The position numbers and the translations under genes are program-made. Shown piece by piece: positions 12,055 to 24,270 of a stretch of DNA of 64,000 nucleotides; within the stretch, counting starts at the first letter, position 1; each line of letters starts with the position of its first letter. The stretch is from an uncultured delta proteobacterium (lineage in GTDB: Bacteria > Desulfobacterota > Binatia > HRBIN30 > BPIQ01): assembly GCA_963761335.1 (NCBI GenBank), contig CAVXGR010000004.1:134992-198991 (forward strand), in the 5' to 3' direction. The notes under the pieces were generated by a model. It saw nothing but the letters and a program-made list of their open reading frames with translations, was not told the origin of the DNA and ran no database searches.

Positions 12055-12982
12055 AAGACCGGGCGGTGGCCGGGCGGGTGGTCACGTAGACGCCGAGCAG
12101 CACGGCGGCGCCGCCGATTGCCTGCGGCAGCTCGAAGGACTCGCCGAGGAGCACCGTGGCCAGGCCCGCGGTGAGCACGGGGACGAGATAGACGAACACC
12201 ACCGTGCGGCCGACACCGAAGGTCCGCACACCGCCGAGGAAGAACTGCCCGGCCAGCACCGAGGAGAAGACGGCCAACACCAGAAGCGCGCCGATGGCGA
12301 CGCTGCTCGCCCCGCTGATCTGCTGCCAGGGCGCTTCGCCGGCGCCGAGCAGTCCGAGAGCGACACCGCCGAGGCCATAGACGACGAAGTTGATGAACGA
12401 CGAAGGCAGGTGCGTCACCGTTCCCCGCGACGCCAGGTTGAAGGTCGCCCAGGTGAGCGCGCCGGCAACGGCGAAGAGGTCCCCGGAGTGAAGAGAGATC
12501 TCGGCCAGATGCCGCACCTGGCCGTGGGTGATGACCGTCACCGCTCCCGCCAGCGCCAGGCCGACGCCGCCCAACCGCCGCGCCGTCAGCCGCTCGCCGA
12601 CGATCGGCGCCAGCAGCACGGTGAAGACCGGGTTGAGGGCGACGAGCAGGGCGGTATTGGTGGCGCTGGTGCGCGACAGAGCCGAGAAGAAGAGGAACGG
12701 GTAGAGAACGCCGCCGCAGGCGGTCATGAGCGCCAGCGGCGCGATGACGGGGCGGGCTCTGGCGAGGTTGCCGCGGCGCGCCGCAAAGGGGAGGAGCACC
12801 AGCGCCGCGATGCCGTAGCGGCAGCTCGCGGCGACCAGGGGCGTCATCTCGGCGAGCACCAGCTTGCCGGCGATGAATGCGGCCGCCCAACAGAGAGTCG
12901 CCGACACCAGTCCGGCGTAGGCCAGCGCCTCCGACTCGAAGGGCTTCACGGCGGCGGCAGTGGTGGCGGTGCTGGCGCTCAT
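12053..12982 (-). CDS. DMT/EamA family transporter
   Basis: About 10 hydrophobic helices; CWAAAFIAGK, LNPVFTVLLA, YLVPVLTAGLATVLLGE. Confidence 0.92.
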   Translation of the reverse strand: MSASTATTAAAVKPFESEALAYAGLVSATLCWAAAFIAGKLVLAEMTPLVAASCRYGIAALVLLPFAARRGNLARARPVIAPLALMTACGGVLYPFLFFSALSRTSATNTALLVALNPVFTVLLAPIVGERLTARRLGGVGLALAGAVTVITHGQVRHLAEISLHSGDLFAVAGALTWATFNLASRGTVTHLPSSFINFVVYGLGGVALGLLGAGEAPWQQISGASSVAIGALLVLAVFSSVLAGQFFLGGVRTFGVGRTVVFVYLVPVLTAGLATVLLGESFELPQAIGGAAVLLGVYVTTRPATARS

Positions 12983-13036
12983 CGCTGCTGATTATCACCG
13001 CCAAGGGCGGGCGGGGAGAGGGAGTCTACGAGGGTG

Positions 13037-13177
13037 GAGAAGAGAAAAGTAAAATGAAGAACCGGTGACCGGTGACGTAAAACGGCGAGCCGCGCGCTGA
13101 CCGGACGCCGCAAGCGAAACGGTTGCCCGGTTCTCCATCGCCGGTCACCGGTTCTTCATTCTACATTTTCTCTTCTT
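13037..13177. repeat. Long hairpin element, family P2 copy A
   Basis: AAAATGAAGAACCGGTGACCGG ... CCGGTCACCGGTTCTTCATTCTACATTTTCTC; homologs at 18.2 and 24.2 kb. Confidence 0.88.
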
Positions 13178-16055
13178 CCTCCCCGACGAGAATCGCCACC
13201 GGACACGCGGCAAACACCTCAGCGAGTGCCAGGCTGGAGCCGGCGCCGATCGCGGTGCCGCTCAGGATGTCGCGCGCGCCGGCGATGTCGAAGGGCAGCG
13301 GCAGGCGGGTGTTGCCCCAGACGTCGGCGCCGATCGGCAGCGGCGTCTCGCGTGTGAGCGCCGCGCTGAGGCGGGTGACGGCGGCGATCACGGTCGTGCC
13401 CCGATGGCGGCGCGCCACGGCGACGACGTGGTGTGCTCCTTCGCCGAAAGGGTCGAGCGCCTCATAGCTGCCCTCGTGGAACAGCGGTGCCAGCGCCCGC
13501 CGCAGGCGCAGCGAAGCGGCGGTGATGAACAGCTTGATGCGGCCGTCCTCCCAATGCTCCAGCATCTCGCGCAGCGCCGCCCCGCGTCCGCCGCGGCCTT
13601 CTTCGGCCAGCAGCGACTCGAGATCGCCGAGCATGCGGCGTCGCTCCTGGTAATCCACCGGGCGGCGGTTGTCGGGATCGACCAGCGACAGATCCCAGAG
13701 CTCGGTGCCCTGATAGAAATCCGGAACGCCGGGAGAGACCACCTTCAGCACCAGCTGCGACAGCGAGTTGATCATCCCCAGACGCGCCAGGCGCGCCTGG
13801 AAGGGCAGAAAGGTGCCGAGGAAGCGGCGCGAGGTGGGTCCGGCGAGCACGCGCTCGACGAAACGCGCCAGCGCCGCCTCGTAGGCCTGATTCTCGGTCA
13901 CCCAGCTGGTGTGCACCTTGGCTTCCTTCACCGCCTTGCACATATACTGCTGCAGGCGCTCGATCAGCATCCCGTCCGCCGCCGCCGCTCCCGGTGGCCA
14001 GGTGCCGAGCAGCGTCTGATAGAAGAGGTACTCGTCGTTGCGGTCGGGAGCGGGCTCGCCATCCACCTCCGAGCGATGCGCGGCGTTGGTGCGCGCCCAA
14101 ACCGTCAGCTGCCGGCCCCACTCGTCGGGGATCTCCGCCAGGGCGTTGAGCCGCGCCCGCACGTCCTCGCCGCGCTTGGTGTCGTGAGTCGCCGAGCCCA
14201 GCATGGAGAGCGGCCAGTCCTGCCGCCGCTGGAGGTTCAGCTCGTGAAAGGCCTGGGGGGTCAGTCCGAAGCGCTGCGGATCGCCACCGACCTCGTTCAG
14301 GCTGGCGAGCATGTTGTAGCGGTAGAAGGCCGTATCCTCGGCCCCCTTGGCCTGCACCGGCCCGGTGTACTGCTGGAACTTCATGGCGCAGTTCAGGCAC
14401 TGGCGCCGGCTTTCGGGCGCCTTCGCCTCCAGATCCGGGAGCAGCACGTTGACCGCGAAATCGAAGATCGATCGCTCCATGCTCGGATTGCGCCGCCGGG
14501 CGCGGCCGACCGCCGTGAGAATGGCCTCGCGGTCGGCATCGGTGAAGCCGTCCGGCGACACGTAGGTCCGGTAGATCGGGAAGCAGGCGACGATCTCGCG
14601 CAGCGCCTCGCGCAAGCTGTTCAGGGTGAAGTCGCGGGTGCGCCGGTCGCTCTCCGAGATGCGGTTGAGGGCGTGCGCCAGCACGTTGAGCTCGCTGGCC
14701 ATCGAGGTGTCGGTGATCAGTCGCTTGGTCTCGTAGACCAGCTCGCGGTAGTCGGTGCGCAGGTGCGTGAAGCGGCGATAGATGCGCGCCAGGGAGCGCT
14801 GGCTGCGCCCGTCGATGAAGACGCCGTTCAGCTGATTGAGGAAGTCGTAGCCGCTGGTGCCGGCAACCGGCCAATGCGCCGGCAATACCTCCCCCGGGGA
14901 GAGAATCTTCTCGACGACGACATAGAGCGCCTGGGCCGATTCACCGGCGCTCTGGCGCGACCCGCCGAGCACGGCGGCAATCGCCGTCTGCAAGCGGGTC
15001 AGGTACTGCAGCGGGTCGAACAGGCCGTCGATGTGGTCGAGGCGCAAGCCGGTGATCTTGCCCTCGCCGATGAGGCGCAGCACCAACCCGTGCGTGGCGC
15101 GAAACACCTCGGGATCGTCCATGCGGATGCCGGCCAGCTCGTTGATGTCGAAGAATCGGCGGTAGTTGATCTCGTGGGACGCCGTGCGCCAGTAGGAGAG
15201 CCGGTAGGGTTGCAGCTCCAGAAGCTGGTGCAGCTGATCGAAGCTCTCCGGCGCGCCCGGCCGCCCGTTGAAGGCGAGAACCGCCGCCTCGATGTGAGCG
15301 CGCACCGCGGGCGAGGCCTCCACCAGGCGCCGTAGGCGCTCCTTGGCCACCTCCTTCTCGCGATGGCGTTCCATGACGTGCTCGGGCTCGGTGTCGGTGT
15401 AGTGCGGCAGGTTGCGCAGCCCGGTGGCGATGCTCAGGTACTCGGCCAGATCCGCGTCCGCCTCGCCGAGCTGGGCGCGCAGGCGATCGAGATCGTGCTC
15501 GAGGAGGCGCGGGAACTGCCGCGGATTGATGGGCAGGTCATGATCGAAGTAGCGCAGCGAGAAGGCGCCGCCGTCAAACGCGAGCCGCAGCTCGCCGCGC
15601 TCCAGCACGCGGCCGTACTGGTCGCCGAGAATCGGCAGGAGGATACGCTCCTCGAGCTCGTCCTTGACGGGGCTCCAGTCGATGTCGAAGAAGCGGGCGT
15701 GCGGCGAGCAGCGGCCGTTCTCCAGCACGTCGCGCCACCGCTCGTTGATGCTCGCCTGCACCCCCATGTGGTTCGGCACCCAGTCGAGGATCAGCCCCAT
15801 GTCGCGGCGCCGCAGCTCGGCGGTGAGGGCGTCGTAGTCGGCCTCGCTGCCGATCTCGGGGTTGAGCTGATTGTGGTCGCAGATGTCGTAGCCGTGGGCA
15901 CTGCCCGGGCGTGCCTTCAGATAGGGAGAGGAGTAGCAGTCGGTGACGCCCAGGGCGGCCAGGTACGGCACCAGCTCGCGCGCCTCGGCGAAAGTGAAGG
16001 CGGAGTGGAACTGCAGCCGATAGGTGCTCACCGGAACGCGCGGAAGGCCAACCAT
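13161..16055 (-). CDS. treY: Malto-oligosyltrehalose synthase
   Basis: [75 protein letters not shown]. Confidence 0.97.
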   Translation of the reverse strand: MVGLPRVPVSTYRLQFHSAFTFAEARELVPYLAALGVTDCYSSPYLKARPGSAHGYDICDHNQLNPEIGSEADYDALTAELRRRDMGLILDWVPNHMGVQASINERWRDVLENGRCSPHARFFDIDWSPVKDELEERILLPILGDQYGRVLERGELRLAFDGGAFSLRYFDHDLPINPRQFPRLLEHDLDRLRAQLGEADADLAEYLSIATGLRNLPHYTDTEPEHVMERHREKEVAKERLRRLVEASPAVRAHIEAAVLAFNGRPGAPESFDQLHQLLELQPYRLSYWRTASHEINYRRFFDINELAGIRMDDPEVFRATHGLVLRLIGEGKITGLRLDHIDGLFDPLQYLTRLQTAIAAVLGGSRQSAGESAQALYVVVEKILSPGEVLPAHWPVAGTSGYDFLNQLNGVFIDGRSQRSLARIYRRFTHLRTDYRELVYETKRLITDTSMASELNVLAHALNRISESDRRTRDFTLNSLREALREIVACFPIYRTYVSPDGFTDADREAILTAVGRARRRNPSMERSIFDFAVNVLLPDLEAKAPESRRQCLNCAMKFQQYTGPVQAKGAEDTAFYRYNMLASLNEVGGDPQRFGLTPQAFHELNLQRRQDWPLSMLGSATHDTKRGEDVRARLNALAEIPDEWGRQLTVWARTNAAHRSEVDGEPAPDRNDEYLFYQTLLGTWPPGAAAADGMLIERLQQYMCKAVKEAKVHTSWVTENQAYEAALARFVERVLAGPTSRRFLGTFLPFQARLARLGMINSLSQLVLKVVSPGVPDFYQGTELWDLSLVDPDNRRPVDYQERRRMLGDLESLLAEEGRGGRGAALREMLEHWEDGRIKLFITAASLRLRRALAPLFHEGSYEALDPFGEGAHHVVAVARRHRGTTVIAAVTRLSAALTRETPLPIGADVWGNTRLPLPFDIAGARDILSGTAIGAGSSLALAEVFAACPVAILVGEEEEKM

Positions 16056-16117
16056 GCTCGTTCCGAGTCTTGCATCTTTTGCGCCCCAGCCCCAGGAGGG
16101 CGGGCTATCCCCTCGTC

Positions 16118-16238
16118 CCCGGTTCTCATTCCCGGTTCTCATGCCGTCGTTTTCCATTGTTCTGCAGGCCTCATCAGGGCCCGCGGCTGTCAGAGCGAAT
16201 GGAAGACGACGGCATGAGAACCGGGAATGAGAACTGGG
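16118..16238. repeat. Family P1 copy 2 (opposite orientation to copy 1)
   Basis: GGTTCTCATTCCCGGTTCTCATGCCGTCGTTTTCCATT ... AATGGAAGACGACGGCATGAGAACCGGGAATGAGAAC. Confidence 0.9.
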
Positions 16239-16323
16239 AATGGGAGCCCGCCCCACCACCCCACCACCTTGTGAAGCGGCGCCTGGGAAACGAACGGCGG
16301 GATTGATAGAACTGGAAGCCATC

Positions 16324-17205
16324 ATGCTGAAGCGAATCGACCGGGTTCAGGTGATTACGGCAAACCGCCGGGCGACTGCGGAGAGATATCGGCTCCTGCT
16401 CGGGGCCGAGGTGGTTGGCGCCGATCGCGTGCCGCTGCTCGGCGCGCAGCGCAGTGTGCTGCGCTTGGGCGAGAGCGACGTGGAGCTGCTCGAGCCGGAC
16501 GGCACCGGTGCCGCGGCCGACTTCCTGGCGGCCACCGGCGGCGGCCTCTTCGCGGCCGGTGCCAGTGTCGACGACGTCGACGAGGCGCGGCGGCGCTTGC
16601 GGCAGAACGGCGTCGAGGCCAGCGCCGCCGGCGACCAGCTGTTCGTAAGCGACGCCGGGAGCGCGGCCCGCTTGGCCGCCCTCGGTCTGCCGGGCCTGCG
16701 CTTGGTCCTCTCCCCGGAGGCGAAGAGGAGCTCGGCCGGGCTGGTGCGCTTTCTCTACGAGGTCACCTATCTGGTCGAGGCGTTCGCGCCGGCGACCCAG
16801 TGCGCCGCCCGGGTGCTGGGCCTCGACCCGGTGCATTTCGCGCCAATCCGCTCGCCGGAGTTCGGCTACCAGGGGACCTTGGCGCTCTTCGATGCGGAGC
16901 GGCTCGACCGCCTGGAGATCATCGCGCCGGAAGACGCGACCAAGGCCATGGGGCGCTTCTTCGCCCGCCGCGGCCCGAGCCTGTACATGTGCTACGCCGA
17001 GGCCGATGACCTGCGCCCGATCCGGGAGCGACTGGAAGAGCATGCGCGGCGCGACTGGAGTGGCGCGCCGGCGCCCGCGGCCCTCGACAATCTCTTCCTG
17101 CATCCGAAGGCGCTGGGCGGCATGATGATGGGCGTCAGCCGAGCCAGCTTCGCCTGGATCTGGTCCGGACATCCGGAGCGCGTGCAGCCCGCGTCCAGCA
17201 GATGA
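16324..17205 (+). CDS. VOC/glyoxalase superfamily protein (two domains)
   Basis: IDRVQVI, VELLEPDG, RLEIIAP, FLHPKALGG patterns resembling methylmalonyl-CoA epimerase-like VOC domains. Confidence 0.65.
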   Translation: MLKRIDRVQVITANRRATAERYRLLLGAEVVGADRVPLLGAQRSVLRLGESDVELLEPDGTGAAADFLAATGGGLFAAGASVDDVDEARRRLRQNGVEASAAGDQLFVSDAGSAARLAALGLPGLRLVLSPEAKRSSAGLVRFLYEVTYLVEAFAPATQCAARVLGLDPVHFAPIRSPEFGYQGTLALFDAERLDRLEIIAPEDATKAMGRFFARRGPSLYMCYAEADDLRPIRERLEEHARRDWSGAPAPAALDNLFLHPKALGGMMMGVSRASFAWIWSGHPERVQPASSR

Positions 17206-17936
17206 GCCCCTCGACGATCATCACCGACATCGGCGACGGGGTCGCCACCTTCACGCTGAACCGGCCGCAGCGCCGCAATGCCTTCAACGACGAGCTCTAC
17301 GACGGCCTGCGCGAGGCGCTGGCGACGGTGCAGCGCGACGACACCGTGCGAGTCGCCGTGGTCACCGGAGCCCCGGGGGCGTTCTCCGCCGGCCAGGACA
17401 TCTCCGAGATGGGCCAGGCGCGTGCCTTTGCCCCCTTCGTCGATCAGCTGGCCGCCTTCGACAAGCCCCTGATCGCGGCGGTGAACGGCGTCGCCGTCGG
17501 CATCGGCTTCACCATGCTGCTGCACTGCGACATCGTCTACGTCGCCGAGGGGGCGCGGCTGCGTGCCCCATTCGTGTCGCTCGGCCTGGTGCCCGAAGCC
17601 GGCAGCAGTCTCTTGCTCGGCCTGATCGTCGGCCCGCAGCGTGCCGCCGAGATCCTCTACACGGATGAGTGGATCGAGGCGCGCGGCGCCGTGGCCCTAG
17701 GGCTTGCCGCCGGCGCCGTCGCCGGAAACGCGCTCATGAAGACGGCGCTTTCGCGGGCGCGGCAGATCGCGGTGCAGCCGCTCCCGGCCCTGCGCAAGAC
17801 CAAGCAGCTGCTGCTGGCGGCGCGCGCCGAGGCCTTGCAGGCGGCGCGCCGCCGGGAGGACGCTGACATGGCGGTGCAGCTGGGCTCGCCCGAGAACCTC
17901 GCGGCCATCCAGGCCTTCCGCCGGCGCAAGACGTAG
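17202..17936 (+). CDS. Enoyl-CoA hydratase/isomerase
   Basis: LNRPQRRNAF, FSAGQD, KPLIAAVNGVAVGIG, LGLVPEAGSS; ATGA-coupled. Confidence 0.93.
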   Translation: MSPSTIITDIGDGVATFTLNRPQRRNAFNDELYDGLREALATVQRDDTVRVAVVTGAPGAFSAGQDISEMGQARAFAPFVDQLAAFDKPLIAAVNGVAVGIGFTMLLHCDIVYVAEGARLRAPFVSLGLVPEAGSSLLLGLIVGPQRAAEILYTDEWIEARGAVALGLAAGAVAGNALMKTALSRARQIAVQPLPALRKTKQLLLAARAEALQAARRREDADMAVQLGSPENLAAIQAFRRRKT

Positions 17937-18026
17937 TCGCGGAATCGACAACGACCGGATATTGATTTATCCATTCGATTTCGGAAGGGCGCCGCTCGGG
18001 CGCCCGAGCGCGGAGGTCAGCTGAAG

Positions 18027-18221
18027 ATGTCCAGCCAGAAGGTCCTGTTCGTGTGCACCGGCAACTCGTGTCGCAGCCAGATGGCGGAAGGTCTGCTGCG
18101 CCACATCGCCGGCGATCGATTCGAGGTGGCCAGCGGCGGCACCGAGGCCGAGCGCATGTCGGTCTTTCGCCGGGTTCGCGATCAGATCGCCGAGCGGGTT
18201 CGGAAGTTTGCGGCGGAGTGA
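18027..18221 (+). pseudogene. arsC: Internally deleted arsenate reductase (LMW-PTP fold ArsC)
   Basis: [18 protein letters not shown]-loop joined via SGGTE directly to the C-terminal helix [14 protein letters not shown]; only 64 aa. Confidence 0.8.
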
Positions 18222-18222
18222 A

Positions 18223-18352
18223 GAGAAGAAAATGTAGAATGAAAAACCGGTGACCGGTGATTGAGAACTGGCCAACTGCGGAAGCTCCGAAGGGAATCAT
18301 TGACCGGTTCTGCATCACCGGTCACCGGTTTTTCATTCTACATTTTCTTCTC
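18223..18352. repeat. Family P2 copy B, perfect 39-bp arms
   Basis: 18223-18261 GAGAAGAAAATGTAGAATGAAAAACCGGTGACCGGTGAT is the exact reverse complement of 18314-18352. Confidence 0.95.
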
Positions 18353-18357
18353 CCCCC

Positions 18358-18951
18358 TCACGGCAGCAGCCCCTTTCGCATGACCTCCCAGAGCGGCGGC
18401 CAGTGGCGCCGTGCGTCGAAGTCGGCGTCGACCATGGCCTGGAGCAGCAGGCCCTCGATGGCGCCGACGAATCCGGCGGCGACGCGGGCGGTGTCGAGCT
18501 TGCGCAGCTGACCGGAGGCGACACCGCGGCGCAGGGCGGCGGCGGTGCGCTTGCGGGCCTCGCGGTAGAGATGGGCGAAGCGCTCGCGCAGGCCGCGGTG
18601 CACGAAGAAATCGACCCAGGCGCGCAGCAGGGAGTGCTGTCCGCCGAGGGTGCCGACGACGATCTCGCCCTGGAGGCGCAGCAGCTCGAGGGCATCGTCG
18701 GTCTCCGCGGCGACTCGATCCCAGGAGGCGAAGATTTCGCTCTCGAAGGTGTCGAAGAGGGCCAGGAAGACCTCATCCTTGCTGCGGAAGAAGCGGTAGA
18801 GGCTTCCCTTCGAGAGCCCGGAGGCGTGCACCACGTCGTCCATGGTGGTGTTGCCGTAGCCGCGCTCCGAGAAGCAGCGCAGCGCCGCCTCGAGGATCTG
18901 CGCGCGGCGCACGTCGGGAGTCGCGTGCGGAGTTCCTTTGTGCGCCGCCAT
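18358..18951 (-). CDS. TetR/AcrR family transcriptional regulator
   Basis: RRAQILEAALRCFSERGYGNTTMDDVVHASGLSKGSLYRFFRSKDEVF HTH. Confidence 0.95.
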   Translation of the reverse strand: MAAHKGTPHATPDVRRAQILEAALRCFSERGYGNTTMDDVVHASGLSKGSLYRFFRSKDEVFLALFDTFESEIFASWDRVAAETDDALELLRLQGEIVVGTLGGQHSLLRAWVDFFVHRGLRERFAHLYREARKRTAAALRRGVASGQLRKLDTARVAAGFVGAIEGLLLQAMVDADFDARRHWPPLWEVMRKGLLP

Positions 18952-18966
18952 GCGCCGCGCCCCGGC

Positions 18967-19950
18967 TCAGCCCGCCGCCCGCCGTTCGCCCGCCTCGGCG
19001 TCGAGCTGGTGCAGGACGCGGTCGCGCATCGCGAAGTACGCGGTGATGCCCTTGTCGGCGGGAACCAGGCGGAAGGCATGGCGATCGAAGTCGCGCGGCC
19101 GCATGTGATCGAAGATGCGCCAGTCCTGCGGCTGCACGACGTGCATCTCGAAGGCGATGGCGACCCAGGAGAGGAACTTTCGCAGCAGCGGCAGGTCCGT
19201 GTACCTCTGGTAGTAGCGCGCCAGGATCCAGGTGTGCTCGTCGTCGACGGCGGTGGCGATGACCAGGAGGAGCAGCTTCGGCGTCAGATGGATGCAGATG
19301 AGGTTCGGAAAGATGACGTCGAGGCGGAAGGGCATGCCGGGCGATTCGGCGGCGCCGCGGCCGTCGTCGCGCCGCAGGTTGCCGCGGGTGTGGATGCGCT
19401 CGCCGTCGACCTCGACCTCGTACGGATCGAGCAGCGTCCCGACGCCGGGGACGGACCAGCGGTGCACGAAGGGCGTGTGGTGGATGTCGATGTTGGTCTC
19501 CATCATTCGCTCCCAACGGTACGGCAGCTCGTACGAGCGGGTGACGGCGTGCGAGAGGCCGTGGGGCAGCTCGTCGAACCACGGCAGGGGCGGGTACTGG
19601 CGCTGCGGCTCGCCCCACCAGAGCCAGACGAGACCGCGCTCTTCTCGCAGCGGCAGCGAGCGGGTGGCGAGCGCCTCGGAGAGGTGCGCGCCGCGGCCAC
19701 TGCACGGCGCCAGGGTGCAGTGGCCGCCGGCGTCGAACTGGAAGCCGTGCCACGGGCAGGCGATGCAGTCGCCGGCGACGCGGCCGCGGCTGAGCGCGGC
19801 GCCGCGGTGGGGGCAGCGATCGGGCATGCACACCGCGGTGCCGTCGGCGCGCCGCCAGAGCACCAGGTCCTCGCCGAGGCGGCGGACGCCGAGCGGCCGG
19901 CGCTTCAGGTGGTGCGATTCGAGGACGGCGTACCAGCGATTGGGAATCAT
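18967..19950 (-). CDS. Rieske non-heme iron oxygenase alpha subunit (VanA/demethylase-like)
   Basis: DRCPHRGA...CPWHG Rieske motif; ETNIDIHHTPFVH mononuclear Fe site; AAAGGAG RBS before ATG 19950. Confidence 0.92.
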   Translation of the reverse strand: MIPNRWYAVLESHHLKRRPLGVRRLGEDLVLWRRADGTAVCMPDRCPHRGAALSRGRVAGDCIACPWHGFQFDAGGHCTLAPCSGRGAHLSEALATRSLPLREERGLVWLWWGEPQRQYPPLPWFDELPHGLSHAVTRSYELPYRWERMMETNIDIHHTPFVHRWSVPGVGTLLDPYEVEVDGERIHTRGNLRRDDGRGAAESPGMPFRLDVIFPNLICIHLTPKLLLLVIATAVDDEHTWILARYYQRYTDLPLLRKFLSWVAIAFEMHVVQPQDWRIFDHMRPRDFDRHAFRLVPADKGITAYFAMRDRVLHQLDAEAGERRAAG

Positions 19951-19970
19951 CGGCGATGCTCCTTTCAAAA

Positions 19971-19988
19971 AGACTGACTGGTCAGTTT
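19971..19988. promoter_or_regulatory. Probable TetR operator
   Basis: Palindrome ACTGAC-TG-GTCAGT just upstream of the RBS of the Rieske-TetR operon. Confidence 0.6.
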
Positions 19989-20037
19989 CTTTCATGATCG
20001 AAGCTGCCAGTCAACCGGGGGCATCAGGCGTCTCCCG

Positions 20038-20180
20038 CATTTTCGGTTCTCATTCCCGGTTCTCGTTCCGTCGTTTTCCATTTCGCTCTGACAGCCGCGA
20101 AGGCCCACAGCTGAGCCTGTCTCACGCGGCTCGCAGAACAATGGAAAACGACGGAACGAGAACCGGGAATGAGAACCGGG
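20038..20180. repeat. Family P1 copy 3
   Basis: CGGTTCTCATTCCCGGTTCTCGTTCCGTCGTTTTCCATT ... AATGGAAAACGACGGAACGAGAACCGGGAATGAGAACCG. Confidence 0.92.
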
Positions 20181-20274
20181 AACGGCGAAATAGAGTATGA
20201 GGGTTCCTTGATCGTCTCGCCCCGCAGCCGGCCCCCAATCTCGCCATGCCTTGATTCGCCGGGGCGGCTGTTGG

Positions 20275-20715
20275 ATGAGTGCCGCCATGGAGCACGTGGA
20301 GGTCAGGCAGGTGATCGAGGCGCCGGTGGAGGCGGTGTGGAGCCGCTACACGGACCACGTCTCATGGACGCAGTGGGCGGGACTCGGCACCGTACGCCTC
20401 GACCGGCAGGGGACGCCGACCCCGAACGGTGTCGGCAGCGTGCGCGAGATCTCCACGGCGGGCTTCAAGGTGTACGAGGAGGTGATCTCCTTCGAGCCGC
20501 CGCGGCGCGTGACCTACAAGGTCGTGCGCGGCTTGCTGCCGTTCAAGAATCACCTCGGCGAAGTCCTCTTCGAGCCGCACGCGCGCGGCACGCTGGTCAC
20601 CTGGCGCTGCCAGTTCGAGTCACGCCTGCCCGGCATGGGCGGCGCCATCCGCATCTTCATCACCCGCCTCTTCCGCAAGGCGCTGGTCGGTCTCTCGCGG
20701 CAGTTCCCGCGTTGA
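20275..20715 (+). CDS. SRPBCC (polyketide cyclase/START-like) protein
   Basis: IEAPVEAVWSRYTD, GVGSVRE, EEVISFEPPRRVTY, GTLVTW. Confidence 0.88.
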   Translation: MSAAMEHVEVRQVIEAPVEAVWSRYTDHVSWTQWAGLGTVRLDRQGTPTPNGVGSVREISTAGFKVYEEVISFEPPRRVTYKVVRGLLPFKNHLGEVLFEPHARGTLVTWRCQFESRLPGMGGAIRIFITRLFRKALVGLSRQFPR

Positions 20716-20737
20716 GGGGGCCAGCGGCGTCGAAAAC

Positions 20738-21118
20738 CTACTTCTCTCCCAGATCGGCGATGGTCTTCCGGCAGGCCTCCGACAGCTCGAGCTCGTGGTT
20801 GCGCAGGCATTTCACCAGAGCGGTGCGGCTCAACGGCTCCCCGGTGCAGAGCTTCTTGGCGTCGGCCTCGCAGCCGCTCAGCTGGCCGCGCGCCTCCCGT
20901 GGCGCGCCACCGAGGCTCTGCCGGCAGGCTTCGGAGAGGTGCTCGTCGTGCGCCCGCAGACAGTCGCGCAGGGGCACGCCCATGGGCACACCGCTGCAGT
21001 ACGCCTCCATGGCGTCGGCGCACGGAGCGCCGAGCTCCGGCGCCGGCTGGGCGCGCAGCGGCGCGCCGATCATCAGCAAGAGCAGCGCCGCCGTCGATAC
21101 CAGAGCCGTGCGTGTCAT
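20738..21118 (-). CDS. Secreted cysteine-rich repeat protein (Cys_rich_FGFR/GLG1-like, 2 repeats)
   Basis: Signal peptide followed by two C-x7-C...CL-x-H-x-LSEACR repeats. Confidence 0.75.
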   Translation of the reverse strand: MTRTALVSTAALLLLMIGAPLRAQPAPELGAPCADAMEAYCSGVPMGVPLRDCLRAHDEHLSEACRQSLGGAPREARGQLSGCEADAKKLCTGEPLSRTALVKCLRNHELELSEACRKTIADLGEK

Positions 21119-21183
21119 CGCCTCCGATTCTCCCACGCCGCCGCGCCGGAGGGAAGACGCGCCCCAGGGCCGCGGCCCGCTGG

Positions 21184-21248
21184 CGAGGCGAGACGCCTCG
21201 TCTACCTCGTTGGCGCGGCGCCGAGTAGAAGCGGCGTCTCGCCGCTTC
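21184..21248. repeat. GTAG-REP pair (family R1)
   Basis: CGAGGCGAGACGCCTCGTCTAC (minus strand) and GTAGAAGCGGCGTCTCGCCGCTTC (plus strand). Confidence 0.8.
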
Positions 21249-21308
21249 GGGTTGCTTGGCACCAGAAGCGGCGCCCCGGCCTTGACGCGCTGGTCGCCTC
21301 GTCTCTCT

Positions 21309-24068
<2,760 letters not shown>

Positions 24069-24123
24069 GGCGCTCTCCTCTATTCCTCCCGCGCATCATA
24101 GGGAGATGGCGCGGCAAGTCCAA

Positions 24124-24147
24124 TGGGAGCGCGGCCGGCCCGACCGC
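24124..24147 (+). repeat. Single R2 REP-like unit
   Basis: TGGGAGCGCGGCCGGCCCGACCGC resembles the arms at 11984 and 63117. Confidence 0.5.
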
Positions 24148-24161
24148 CCGAACCGGCAAAG

Positions 24162-24228
24162 GAGAGGAGAATGTAAAATGGAGAACCGGTGACCGGGAAT
24201 GGAGAACTGGCTAACGCTCGAAGCTCCC
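24162..24228. repeat. Family P2 half-copy (left arm plus part of loop)
   Basis: GAGAGGAGAATGTAAAATGGAGAACCGGTGACCGGGAATGGAGAACTGGCTAAC..GAAGCTCC aligns to 18223-18290. Confidence 0.75.
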
Positions 24229-24270
24229 AGGCTGGCGTTCGCGCCGCGATCATCGTAGAAAAACTGGACG

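Noticed and set aside
16071..16086. Sigma-54 promoter for treY (GGCGCAAAAGATGCA, minus strand)
   Set aside because: Spacing fits GG-N10-GC, but the -24 box is weak and the implied start site would be about 5 nt from the ATG; insufficient support
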